Assembly (NCBI RefSeq): GCF_004010195.1 | Contig: NC_057755.1 | Coordinates: forward strand, 3,743,462-3,807,461 | Source of the DNA: Chiloscyllium plagiosum | Lineage: Eukaryota | Direction: 5' to 3' | Length of the DNA stretch: 64,000 nt | Shown here: piece after piece, positions 50,750 through 62,950 of the stretch | How positions within the stretch are numbered: position 1 is the stretch's first letter | Layout of the letters: each line of letters opens with the position of its first letter | Made by a program: the position numbers and the translations under genes | The notes under the pieces: generated by a model | The model's database searches: none | Seen by the model: only the letters and a program-made list of their open reading frames with translations | What the model was told of the DNA's origin: nothing

Positions 50750-51470
50750 GGGTCAATGGGCTAAAGAGTGGCAAATGGCATTTCATTTGGATAATGTGAG
50801 GTATGACATTTTGGCAAGACTTACACAATTAAAAGTAGGGCCTTTGGTAGTATTGTAGAACAGAGAAACCTAGGGCTTCAGGTACATAGTTCTTTGAAGT
50901 TTTCATCACATATAGACAGGATGGTTACACAGGCATTTAGCATGCTTGCCATCATTGCTCAAGCACTTTGAGGATAGGAGTTGGGGTGTCATGTTGAGGT
51001 TGTACAGGACGTTGGTGAGGCCTTTTCTGGAGTACTGTGTCCGTTACTGGGCACCATGTTATAGAAAGGATATTATTAACCTGGAGAGGGTTCAGAATAA
51101 ATTTAGCAGGATGTTGCTGACAATGGAGGGTTTGAGTTATAAAGAGAGGCTGGATAGACTTGGACCTTTCTCACTGGAGAGTAGGAGATGATCTTACTGA
51201 GGCAGATAAAATCATGGGGCATATCGATAAGTTGAATGGCAAATGTCTTTTCCCTCAGGTGGGTGGTTTCGAGACGAGAGGCCATATTTTTAAAGGGAGA
51301 TGAGAAAGATTTAAAAAAAAGATATGAGGGACAACCTTTATTCACAGAGAGTGGTTCTGCGTGGAATAAGCTTCAAAAGGAAGTGATGGATGTCGGTACA
51401 GTTACAATGTTTAAAAGACATTTAGATAAGAACATGAGTAAGAAATGCTTAGAGGGTGTTGCGAGCAGCA
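50750..51470 (+). mobile_element. CR1/HER1 LINE 3' fragment
   Basis: LYRTLVRPFLEYCVRYWAPCYRKD..LERVQNKF. Confidence 0.88.
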
Positions 51471-51687
51471 AAAAATAGCTAATGGCTAATACAGCTGGAC
51501 ATGGCTGACAGTTAGAGCACTTGGGAAAAAAATTGCTTAATGTAGTCTTCACAAGTAGAACAATTACCGCTCTGTATAATCAAGGATATAGAATGTGTAT
51601 GTGCAGTTGCTTACGTAGATAAGAGTATTTCATACTAATTAATTACTTCTCTTGATTTATTTAATCAATCTATTACAACATTAAGAA

Positions 51688-51954
51688 TAGGTTTTAGTTA
51701 CCATTCTTCAGATAGTCACAGTTATGCATTCCGAAGTAGTTATAGATCCACATATACACATGACTATAAACGAAAAAAAATCACTAAACGCGTTAGAGGA
51801 AAAGATTCTAACCAGTTTCTTAGGTTTTAGTTACCATTCTTCAGATAGTCACAGTTATGCATTCCGAAGTAGTTATAGATCCACATATACACATGACTAT
51901 AAACAAAAAAAAAATCACTAAAAGCGTTAGAGGAAAAGATTCTAACCAGTTTCT
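51688..51954. repeat. Tandem duplication, 133-bp period
   Basis: taggttttagttaccattc...ctaaccagtttct starting at 51688 and 51821. Confidence 0.95.
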
Positions 51955-52689
51955 AACAGCAAAAGCAGCCTCCGTATTATTACAGGGAGCAACAAATACA
52001 GCAATTAGCAGACATTGGAATGTGAATTTATTAGGCAAAGAATTCTAATAGTAAGTGTAACCACATACTTTTATTGGAACTGATCGAAATTTGATATTTT
52101 GCATATCCTGTAGTGAGAAATTTAAAGGTTCCTAGAGTTCTAGGCAAGTATCCAATTAATTGGCAGTTAGCACAGTGCTATTATCATATCCATTGTGAAC
52201 AGGCTCAGGAAGAAAGATAAGGAAGTCGGGGAAAACTTCATGAAGGACCTCGGGGTGACCACAAGGCTGTCCATCCCTTTGTTGCTCAGTGATATGATTA
52301 GCTTCATTGAAAACACACTGAATTTGCTGTTACAAGCTTGAACTGTGTAAGATGCTGTACCAGAGAGCCAATTACATAGGATAACTCAGCATGGCTGACC
52401 TTTAGAAATCAAGGGAGGGGATGTGTGTGCTCTGAGTTTAAAGTCTATCAATTAAGCCATTCTGAAGCTTTTTGTGTGCCTTACTGTACTGAGAATGAAG
52501 CTGTACTGAAAATACAGGTCACCTGAAACCTCCCCACGACATGAACTCTCGTAGGAGAATGTGAGATCTAACAGAGGGATGTGGACCAAGCGCAGGCAAG
52601 TGCGCCTAGTTCAGTTTGAGATTATGGCAAACATAGACTGATTGGACAAAATGGTCTGTTCCCATGTTGTATGACACTATAATAGGTTA

Positions 52690-52990
52690 TGGAGGGTTGT
52701 TGGGCCTGGAGAGGTTACAGAGATAGGGAAGGGTGCATGTGTTGGAGGAGGTCAAAGTGAAAAGAGGACTTTGAAGACACTGGAGGATTGTACAGATATT
52801 GGGTGTGTTCTAATAGCTAGAGGAGGTTTCAGAGATAGTTCAAAGTGCAGGGCGGCAGGAGGTCACAGAGATATGTTGAAGAGTAGGGGAAAGGAGGGTA
52901 CAGAGATATGGAGAGGTGTAGTGACAAGACGTGGTTGCAATGGTTGGGTGTGATATAAATTCGGGAGTGGGTTACAGAGATAAGGAGGTA
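52690..52990. repeat. G-rich ttacagagata minisatellite (same family as 22605-22970)
   Basis: About 8 degenerate units. Confidence 0.75.
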
Positions 52991-53829
52991 TTGAGAAAGT
53001 CTGTAGCCTTAAAACTTGTATTTAAACATTTAGTCTAAAATATAATGCTGAATTATAGAACACATTTACTGCAATAGAAAATAGACAGACAGGAAGGCTT
53101 AGAAAAAGAGGGGGACTTATACACAGGGACACTTAGGGTCACCAAGGGATAATAAGATGCCGTAAGTCGGTAAGAATATTTGCCTTAGCATCGATGAATC
53201 TGTGTGAACAGGACACCAAGTGATAACATTCACAGCCGTTCTCTTGTGAAATTAATTACAGTGTTTGAATCTAACCTTGAAATGAAACTCGGTATTATCA
53301 AAAGCTTTGTAATTAACGATCAGATGTTGTTAATTATAAAGCATTCTTATTATCCCTGGATAGCAGGGCAGACACAGAGAGAAAAAAAAAGTGTTTGCTG
53401 ACTTGAGAGTTCAGAAGGACACTCGAGAGAGAGACCATTTTAGTGCTGAGGCTGTTGGAACCAGTAGAAAATTAACTCTTAGTGCTTATCTGCTATGGAT
53501 TGAATTTAATTCCATTTTGGGACTTTGATGATATTGAGTAGCCACTACTGGTTATTAAATACAAACTCTGTAAAAGGTAATATTGATGAAACCTTAACTC
53601 ACTTGCGGTTCTTGCAGATGACGCTATAGACCTTACAGACTACCCCACTGTCAATTCTATCTCATCTTATTTGAATTTGAATAACAACTTAAAAAGAAGG
53701 CATGTTTAATTCCAGACTAATTGATCGTTTTAAATATAACCTTGCAGTAACATTTCAACCTCAGATACAGAATGATTCTGTGCTTAAGATAAAAAAAAAA
53801 TCAGGAAGCTGCTCCCAGCTTAAAATTAC

Positions 53830-54390
53830 TCATAGAACATAGAACAATACAGCGCAGAACAAGCCCTTCGGCCCCAATGTTGCGCCGATCTGTGAACTAT
53901 TCTCAGGTCGTCCCTCTACACTATCCCAAAATCATCCATGTGCTTATCTAAGGATTGTTTAAATCTCCCTAATGTGGCTGAGTTGACTGCATTAGCAGAT
54001 AGGGCATTCCACACCCTTACTACTCTCTGCCTAAAAAGCTTTCCTGTGATACCTGTCTTAAATCTATCGCCCCTCAATTTGTATTTATGCCATCTCGTAC
54101 AAGCTGACGTCATCATCCAAGGAAAACGTATTTCACTGTCCACCCTATTTAATCCTCTGATCATCTTGTATGTCTCTAATAAATCCGCTCTTAACCTTCT
54201 TCTTTCCAATGAGAACAGACCGAAGTCGCTCAGCCTTTCCTCATAAGACTTTCCCTCCAGACCAGGCAACATACTGGTAAATCTCCTCTGCACCTTTTCC
54301 AATGCTTCCACATCCTTCCTGCAATGGGGCGACCAGAACTGTGCGCAATATTTCAAGTGAGGCCGCACCAGCGTTTTGTGCAGTTGCACC
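53830..54390 (-). mobile_element. Young CR1/HER1 LINE 3' fragment
   Basis: 157-aa open frame LVRPHLKYCAQFWSP...RVVRVWNAL...FKQSLDKHMD; (ttctatg)n tail on the minus strand. Confidence 0.92.
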
Positions 54391-54483
54391 TAATATTGAA
54401 GAGATTCTGACACAATCTGTCAGGAAACCATATTATGGTGAAAAGATTTCCCTCCTTGCTTAGAAGCCATTTTGTAAAAGAAT

Positions 54484-56660
54484 GAGCTCTATTCTGCTCT
54501 GTGGGACTTCATTGGCCAGGGCCTGCTGGAGGTGTATGTCAGTATGCTTCTGGCAGGTACCATGAGAGAATCCATGAGGAAACGCATCATCTCCCTCATT
54601 TACAAGCGGAAGGGGGAGAGGAAGAAAATCAGAAATTGGAGACCAAACTCACTGTTGAATGAGGATTTCAAAATCTTGACAAAGGCCATCACCAACCGGG
54701 TCAGGTCTGCTCAGGGATCGGTGATACACCCTGACCAAACCTGTGCTGTACCGGACAGGAAGGTCGCTGAGAGTCTCGCACTCCTCAGGGATATGATTGC
54801 CTACGTGCAAGGCAGGGGGCTGGACACCTGCCTCATCAGCCTGGGCCAGGAGAAATCCTTTGACAGGATATTGCATACATACATGAGAGATGTTCTCTCC
54901 AAAGTGGGCTTTGGGGAGGGAATCTGCAATTGGATCAGACTGCTCTACACTAACATTGTCAGTGCAGTCTCAATCAATGGGTGGGAATCAGAAAGTTACC
55001 AGTCAGATCTGGAGTCAGGCAGGGCTGCCCTCTCTCTCCTGCCTTGTGCATAGAGCCATTTGCCGAGTCCATCAGGAAGGAAGCGATCCTGAGAGAGGTG
55101 ACTATTCCTTGCAGCAGGAGCTAGCAGGTTAAGGCCTCCCTGTACACGGATGACGTCGCTGTGTTCTGCGCGGATCCGCTGTCAGTGCACAGACTTATGT
55201 GCGTATGTGACCAGTTCGAATGGGCCTCGGTGGCCAAGGTCAACCGAGGCAAAAGCGAGGCTATGCTCATCAAGAACTGGACCGAACAATCCTCCTTCCC
55301 CTTCACCGTCAGGACTGACTACCTGAAGGTGCTGGGTATATGGTTCGGAGTGGCTGGGGTGTGCACCAAGTCTTGGGAGGAGCGTATCGGGAAAATGAGG
55401 CAGAAACTGGCAGATGGAAGCAACAATCTCGCTCCATCGTGGGAAAAAACCTGGTCATCAGGTGTGAGGCACTGTTAGTGTTGTTATATGTTGCACATGT
55501 CTGGCCTATTCCCAGAACCTGTGCCGTTGCAGTTACCTGGGCCATCTTCCATTTTACATGGAGATCAAAGATGGACTCGATGAATAAGGATCTCGCCAAC
55601 GGGGGGAAGAAAAACACACCCAATATCACCCTTACCCTGGTGGCCACCCTTGTATGTGGCTGCATCAAGTTGTGCATGGATCTCCGGTACACAAACACCA
55701 AGTGTCACTACGTACTGAAGTACTACCTGTCCCCAATGTTGCGAAGGATGGTCCTGGCCTCGCTGCTGCAGAACGCTCCGAGTTGTTGGACCATTCCGTA
55801 TCACCTGTCCTTCATGGAGAAATTTATGAAGAAAAACACTTTTGAGTCCATCAGGAAGTGATCAGCACGTCGAGTCCTTGAGACCCTTCGGGAAAAGGAG
55901 AGGGCGGATCCTGTTGTGCTTTTCTCTGGGCAGACTGTCAAAGTCATTTGACAAAATGTCTCATCGCCAGAACTTTTCAACAAGCACCAAGACTTAACTT
56001 GGCTAGTGGTGAGAAGGGCTCTGCGTGTGAGATCCTTTACGCAGGCCCGGACTCTCTGCTGCATCGCACACTGCCCTCGAGGCAGCTGTGGAGGAGACGA
56101 GGCTGTCACACACCTCCTTCTGGAATGTGGCTATGCAAAGGGAGTCTGGAGAGGAATGCAGTGGTGTTTGTCGAGGTTTTGACCCGAGCTGCTCCGTAAC
56201 GCTACGGTCTGTTCCCCGGGATGCACACCGAGACAACCATCAACTGTGCCTGGAGGATCATCAACTCGGTCAAAGACACTCTTTGATCTGTCCGAAACGT
56301 GTTGATCTTCAAGCTGAAGGAGTTGACCACGATTGAGTGTTGCAGACTGGCACATTCCAAGGTTCAGGACTATGTGTTGAGGGATGCGTTGAAGGTTGGG
56401 GAAGCTGCTGCCAAGGCGCGGTGGGGAAAGACCACCATGTAACATCTGCCTGCCAAAGAAAACAGGCAGCCCACTCAGTAAGTGGGCTCCGCTGACGCCT
56501 CAGCAAAATACATGGATGGTAAATTTACAGACCTGTATATATCAATGTTTAATTACGATCTCTGTATGTAAAGAAATGCATTGTGCGCCTATGAATGGCA
56601 CCACCAATTGCATAGATAATCAAAATATTTTATGAATAAAGTATATTTTTTAAATAAAAC
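54484..56660 (+). mobile_element. Tx1/L1-clade LINE, 5'-truncated, frameshifted
   Basis: NWRPNSLLNEDFKILTK, SLGQEKSFDRI, GVRQGCPLSP, YTDDV, YLKVLGIWF, C-terminal CPRGSCGGDEAVTHLLLEC zinc finger; AATAAA at 56635 and A-rich end. Confidence 0.9.
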
Positions 56661-57221
56661 AATATCAGACATGCGAGCTGTGCAAGGTTACCTGATGACA
56701 TCTCCCACTTAATTTATGCTGGTACTTCTTTATAGGAACTTATCTTGCCAGCAGATGCAGAACTCAGCTGGATTTGTTTTTCCAACCTGATGGTTAGCTC
56801 AAGGCCTGTAAGCAGTGATCAGCAAGTGCACACAAACCTGTCAATTAGCTTTTCTTCCTTATCAATTATTGCCTTTCACTGTTCTCTGTCGAATTAAGAA
56901 CATGCAATTTCTTTTCAAACTTTTGTATAAAGGAAGTCACTTTGCACGGGTACATCAGAGTAGCCTGCTTGGGCACTTGAAGAGCTGGTAACCTACACTC
57001 CTGGGTGATTAGAACCCAGCTCGTTTGGCTGAAAGGTATCAGTGTGATATAACAGTGATACAATTAGTGAAAAATGGGGATGATTACATTAAATCAAACT
57101 GACTGTAAGAGGCTTTTATTCCAGACTTCAAACGAGTATGATCGCCGGGACAAACCAAGAGGGAGGCTCATGGACCTGAGTCCATAAGGGATTCCCTTGG
57201 CCTGCAAAATCACCACGTTAA

Positions 57222-58245
57222 GTGCTGCAGGCGCTCAACATCAGAAATGGGATGCCAGCAAGACCAAGCAGCTTTACAAAGCACAGTGCGGCAGGTATTA
57301 ACAATCAGAAATGGGATGCCAGCAAGACCAAGCAGCTATACAAAGCACAGTGCGGCAGGTATTAACAATCAGAAATGGGCTGCCAGCAAGACCAAGCAGT
57401 ATTATAAAGCACAGAGCTGCAGTGACTCATTATTTCCCCCAAGCAGCTATATAAAGCGCAGTGTTGCAGGCCGTCAGCATCAGAAATGGGACATCAGCAT
57501 GACCAAGCAGCTATATAAAGCACAGTGCAGCAGGCCCTCAATATCAGAAAAGGGGTACCAGCATGACCAAGCATCTGCAAAAACACAGGTAATAAAAATC
57601 AGAAATCAACTGCCAGTGTGACCCAGCTGCTGACTTTCAACTGGTGCAGTCCAGGGGGAATCGACTTTTCAATTAAAACAAAGCATTGCAAAGGCCACAG
57701 GTCGTTGTTGACACGGTGTGATTTCTGCCCAGTGCACACGCTTCAGGCCCTGAAATCAAAACTGAGATACAACCATGACCAAACAGTTACATACAGCACA
57801 GTGCTGCAGGCCCTGAATATAAGAAATGGGAAACCAGCGTAATGCAGCATCTGATTTAGAACTGGTGCAGACCAGGTGAACCCGACTGTTTAATTAAAAC
57901 AAAGCACCACAAAGGCTGCAGACAGGTATTTTGACAGGATGTGATTTCTGCCCAGTGCACGCGCTTCAGACCCTCAATATCAGAAATAGGATACAAGCAT
58001 GACTATGCAGCTCTCTAAGGCATGGTGCTGCAATTCCTCAATAGCAGAAATGGGATACCAGCATGACCAAGCAGCTGTATAAAGCACAGTGCTGCTGGCC
58101 CTCAATATCAGAAATGGGATACCAGCATGACTAAGCAGCTGCATAAAGCACAGTGCTGCAGGTCCTCAATATCAGAAATGGGATACCAGCATGACCAAGC
58201 AGCTGTATAAAGCACAGTGCTGCTGGCCGTCAATGTCAGAAATGA
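57222..58245. repeat. 64-bp tandem satellite with a duplicated internal spacer
   Basis: Unit atcagaaatgggataccagcatgaccaagcagctgtataaagcacagtgctgcaggccctcaat; cagaaa recurs at 58045, 58109, 58173, 58237; a roughly 110-bp spacer occurs at about 57641 and 57862. Confidence 0.92.
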
Positions 58246-58399
58246 AAGAAGCAAGTTCAGAGAAATTCAGCAAATGTCACAGTGCCCGTGAAGAGAATGA
58301 TAGAATTTTGTGTTTTGAGGCCAATATAACTCTTCTGAAAAGGAGTCTTGTTGGACTAGAAATATTAATTCTCTTTCTCCCTTCGCAATCGTCCAAGAC

Positions 58400-58840
58400 C
58401 TGCATTTATGATAAAGTAGCCAGTTTGATTGGTACCATACCTACCCACATGCGGTCCATCGACTACCAATGTTCAGTGGCAACATTATGTATAATTGCGA
58501 ATACGCACTGCCAAAATTCACCAATGCTCCTTAAACAGCTCCTTAAACGACTGATACCTTCCTAAAGACAAAGATAGTTGATGCATGGGAACACCTCGAA
58601 CTGTATGCGTCCTCCCAAGCCACTCATCTTCCTGACTTGAATATGCCTTCATTCAGAAAAGATGCCATATCCCAATGGACCATAGAGCAATCCCTCTCCC
58701 ACCTCCCCTTCACACAACTGACCGATTGTCCCTACACTGTCAGGACTGTAGGGACACAGGAAAGCAACTCCCATCACATTTTCAAGGGCAATAAACTCTG
58801 ACCCAGCCATCAAAACCCAAGCCTCCTTCATTAATTGATG
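58400..58840 (+). mobile_element. Second CR1-clade LINE family, decayed 3' fragment
   Basis: gatgcatgggaacacc, atcacattttcaagggcaataaa. Confidence 0.6.
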
Positions 58841-58939
58841 AAACACACCTGAACAAAACTTTTTGACAGCCAATATTATGACTACCAGAAAATTCACATA
58901 AATGTACCCGTAAAATTTTGGATATGTAAGCATTTGGCA

Positions 58940-59530
58940 GATTGCAAGGTTTGAGCTCAGGCTGAGGTTTAGGGTATAGATTTGCTCGAGGAGCTGTAGG
59001 TTTGATATCCAGACGTTTCATTACCTGGCTTGGTAACATCATCAATGACGACCTCCAACTGAAGCAAAGCTGTTGTCTCTTCCTTTCTATTTGTATGTTT
59101 GTCCTGGATGGGATTTCTGGGGTTTGTGGTGATGTCATTTCCTGTTCGTTTTCTGAGGGGTTGATAAATGGTATCTCGATCTATGTGTTTGTTTATAGCG
59201 TTGTGGTTGGAGTGCCAGGCCTCTGGGAATTCTCTGGCATGTCTTTGCTTAGCCTGTCCCAGGATAGATGTGTTGTCCCAGTCGAAATGTTGGGTCTTTT
59301 TTCATCCGTGTGTCGGGCTACGAGGGAGAGAGGGTCATGTCTTTTCGTGGCGAGCTGGCGTTCGTGTCTACTGGTGGCTAACTTTCTTCCTGTTTGTCCT
59401 ACGTAGTGCTTGTGAAAGTCCTTGCATGGAATTTTGGAGATGATGTTGGTTTTATCCATGGGTTGTTCTGGGTTTTTGAAGTTTGTTAGTTTTTGTTTGA
59501 GAGTGTTGGTGGGTTTGTGTGCTATTTGGC
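58940..59530 (-). mobile_element. Penelope-like element of a second family (GIY-YIG plus terminal repeat)
   Basis: NIISKIPCKDFHKHYVGQTGRKLATSRHERQLA (GIY-YIG); downstream hammerhead-like core. Confidence 0.85.
59008..59050 (-). ncRNA. Minimal hammerhead ribozyme remnant in a PLE terminal repeat
   Basis: Minus strand TTGATGA-T-GTTACC-aagcca-GGTAAT-GAAA-C-GTC: core CUGAUGA with one substitution, 6-bp stem II, GAAA, GUC cleavage triplet. Confidence 0.7.
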
Positions 59531-59835
59531 AGATTCTTTCAAGTGGCGACTGACTGAGTATGAGAGTAAGAATGAGAAAGAGAGAGAGAGAGCGAGAGAG
59601 ACAGAGAGTAAGAAAATGGGCGTGACAGTTGCTGAATTCAGTTCAACCTCATTTTCACTACAATGTAATGCATTGAGCAAAGAACTATGCTGACTGAATT
59701 TTCTTCTCAAAGGTTCTAAACTGTGAAGCTTTTTCAGACAGGGCTATCAGGAAGTGGTTAGTCCATGTCGCAAGTCATAAAATCCCTGCTTCTAAAAGCA
59801 GGAATAACCTCTTGGTCATGTGACATTTGTGCAGA

Positions 59836-60740
59836 CATAGAGTCATAGAGATGGACAGCATGAAAATAGATCCTTCAGTCCAACCCGTCCACGCCGACCA
59901 GATATCCCAACTCAATCTAATCCCACCTGCAGGCACCTGACCCATATCCCTCCAAACTCGACCTATTCACATACCCAAACAAATGCCTCTTAAATGTTGC
60001 AATTGTATCAGCCTCAACCACTTCCTCTGGCAGCTCATTCCATACAAGTACCATGCTCTGCATTAAAAAGTTGCCCCTTAGGTCTTTTTTATATCTTTCC
60101 TCTCTCACCTTAAACCTATGCCCTCTAGTCCCGACCCCAGGGAAAAGACTTTGTCTATTTATCCTATCCATGCCCCTCATAATTTTGTAAACCTCTATAA
60201 GGTCATCCCTTAGCCTCAGACTCTCCAGGGAAAATAGCCCCAGCCTGTTCAGCCTCTCCCTATAGCTCAAATCCACGAAACCTGGGAATATTCTTGTAAT
60301 TTATTTCTGAACCCTTTCAAGTTTCACAACATCTTTCCAATAGGAAAGAGACTAGGATTGCAAGCAATATTCCAACAATGGCCTAACCAATGTTATGTAC
60401 AGCTGCAATGTGACCTCCCAACTCCTGTACTCAATACTCTGACCAATAAAGGAAAGCATGCCAAACATCTTCTTCACTATCCACTACCTGCACTCCTAGA
60501 TCTCTTTGTTCAGCAACATTACCTCGGACCCATCCATTAAGTGTATAAGTCCTGCTAAGATTTGCATTTCCAAAATGCAGCAGCACTCATTTATCTGAGT
60601 TAAACTCCATCTGCCAATTGACCATTCTGGTCATGATCCTATTGTAATCTGAGATAACCTTCTTTGCTGTCCACTGCACCTCCAATTTTGGTATCATGTG
60701 CAAGGTTATGAACTATATCTCTTATGCTCGCATCCAATCC
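59836..60740 (-). mobile_element. CR1/HER1 LINE 3' fragment
   Basis: LSYRERLNRLGLFSLE..RLRDDLIEVYKIMRGMDR; ctctatgactctatg tail; same subfamily as 27840-28692. Confidence 0.92.
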
Positions 60741-61025
60741 TTGTGTCTCAGATGTAAATATAGTTCTCGTGATCTAAGATTGGTCAGTGTTTGTGCTCGA
60801 GAGGAATTAAACATAATGCGTGTGCCAACAATGCAGCAAATCGCTTATTGTCATTGCAATGAGAGTGTGTTCTGTAATCAGCACTGAATCTGCAGTTGGA
60901 TTAGAAGAGTATTGTTATCTCAGATGTAAATGTTGTGTAACACAAGTATCAGGACAATACAGTAACTCCTAGAGTGAGTAGTTTTACGTTCAAACCGGCA
61001 ATGTTTGATTACTGTTAGAGTAAGA

Positions 61026-61322
61026 ATATGGTGGTAAAGTTGTTAGTGCTGCTGCCTCACAGATCCAGGACCCTGGGTTCAATTCCAGCCTCAAGAAACT
61101 GTGTACGTGGAGTTTATACATTATCCCCTTGTCTACATGAGATTCCTCTAGGTGCTCCGGTTTCTTCCCAAAATCAAACGATGTACATGTTAGGTCCATT
61201 AGTCAGGGATAAATGTAGAATAAGAGGCGGGGGGAATGGGTCTGGTTGGGTTACTTTTTGGAGGTATGGTGTGGACTTGTTGGGCAAAATGCCCTGTTTC
61301 CACACTGTAGGGATTCTATGAT
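61026..61322 (+). mobile_element. HE1-type SINE
   Basis: gttagtgctgctgcctcacag, gggttcaattcc, cctgtttccacactgtagggattctatgat. Confidence 0.85.
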
Positions 61323-62104
61323 ATCAAATGTACTGATTTGAAAGAGATAGGAAAGAGACCTTGATCAAGAGCTGGTTGAAGGCTATCTGTCTGAGAAGAG
61401 CTCCCACCACCTGTGGAGATAGACTCACTGTCAGTACTTCAAAATTTCAGTTTCCAGTTGTAAATATTGTCTTAATGAATTATCTAATGTTATTGTCAAC
61501 TCTTTCTTTCAATGTGCAGCGTATAAAACAACCTATATTTGTTAACAAGATTATAAATGATGCAACTATTTCGTTGAAGCAATTGACTCCCTGGAGGTTT
61601 GGCGCTAGAATTAGAACCAGAATTAGATTTTATTGTCGCGTGTTCTGAAGAACAGTAATATAAGAGTACATTGAAAAATGTACAAAATCTCCATTCTCTT
61701 CTACCACCTTAGTTACAAACCCAAAATTAAAGGAACAGCAGAAATAACAGAAAGCCAAAAGGCAAGCAAAGCATCCTGACATTAAAGTTTAAGGCGTTTC
61801 TCCACAAGTATGTTTGAAACCATCAATGCAGGCACACGGACCCAGCCACAGCCTGGAGTCCTGGTCAGCCTGCGAGTCTGAGAAGGAGCTGCACCAACCA
61901 CCTTAGACCGTCAGGAGCCCACTGCCATTGCACGCACCTCTCATTGCTGTGCAGATGTCACCGATTTACCCAAAGCAAAAGGCTAACCATGCTCTTACTA
62001 AGAGAAAGCACACATAATCTTGACAGGCCAATCACTGTGCATCACCTGTCTATCCACTATCTGTGTCTGGAAGAGCTTTATACATTCTGGAATATGAACA
62101 TAAT

Positions 62105-62647
62105 TGTGGGATATAGGTAAAGCACTGTTGCTTCTGCAGCCGTAATTACTTCTGCAAGGTGATGAGCTAACCTAAACCATTGTATAATTGATTCAGCCAA
62201 GAACTGAGATAGCTAAAATGTGCATACAAAGATGAAACCCTAAAGAGGGAATACATAATTGCTTCTGCTATGTAATGGACTAACTTACACAACTGTATAA
62301 TTGTTTCAGCAGAGAGCTGAATTAGCTAAAATGTGATTGCAAACAATGGAACATTTAGATTTAGATTACTTTACAGTGTGGAAACAGGCCCTTCAGCCCA
62401 AAAAGTCCACACCAACCCGCAAACCACCCATACCCCTACATTTACCCCTTACCTAACACTACGGACAATTTAGCATGGACAGTTAATCGAGAGAGACTCA
62501 ATTAAGCTGTATAAATTGTGGAGAACTTTTTGGATCAGTGTGCCTTCTTGTTAGACACCTGTCTTGCAATAACGTTTCAATAAAATTCGCCGCTTCAGAA
62601 TTTGACTCACACTGAAATTTATTGATGCATGAGCTTTGTTTCTCACA
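62105..62647 (+). mobile_element. ERV 5' LTR (with an HE1 3' fragment inserted at about 62354-62478)
   Basis: TGTGGGA...TCTCACA imperfect inverted termini; duplicated U3-like motif (about 62180 and 62292); TATAAA at 62510; AATAAA at 62579; followed 3 nt later by a PBS. Confidence 0.8.
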
Positions 62648-62650
62648 ATT

Positions 62651-62668
62651 TGGGCGCTCGTCTGGGAT
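62651..62668 (+). promoter_or_regulatory. Retroviral primer binding site, tRNA-Pro
   Basis: TGGGCGCTCGTCTGGGAT matches the MLV-type PBS-Pro TGGGGGCTCGTCCGGGAT at 16 of 18 positions. Confidence 0.88.
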
Positions 62669-62950
62669 GTCCATCATCGCCAGCAGGGTAGGCAACGTCG
62701 ATAGCTGGAAAGACACGTCCTTGTTCCTTTTAGAATAGTCCTGTGTTCCTAGGCGGTGGATTCCCCTTCTGGTTGACAGATTGAGATCCAATGAGAGTCT
62801 ATCTGAACCAGGCGAAAGGGTAGGCACAGGGAAACATCGAGCCAGGCAACTCTGTGCACGGACCAAGAAGGAAAATTGACTTTTAAGTACTGCCTTTGTG
62901 GCTGGGATTGAGTTCTAGTAGTTAGCAAGAGGCTAACGAAGGAACTCAAT

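Noticed and set aside
57222..58245. CRISPR-like repeat/spacer appearance, and ORFs 57247-57621 and 58191-58565
   Set aside because: Units are contiguous 64-mers, the spacers are homologous to each other, there are no cas genes and the context is eukaryotic; the ORFs are repeat translations.
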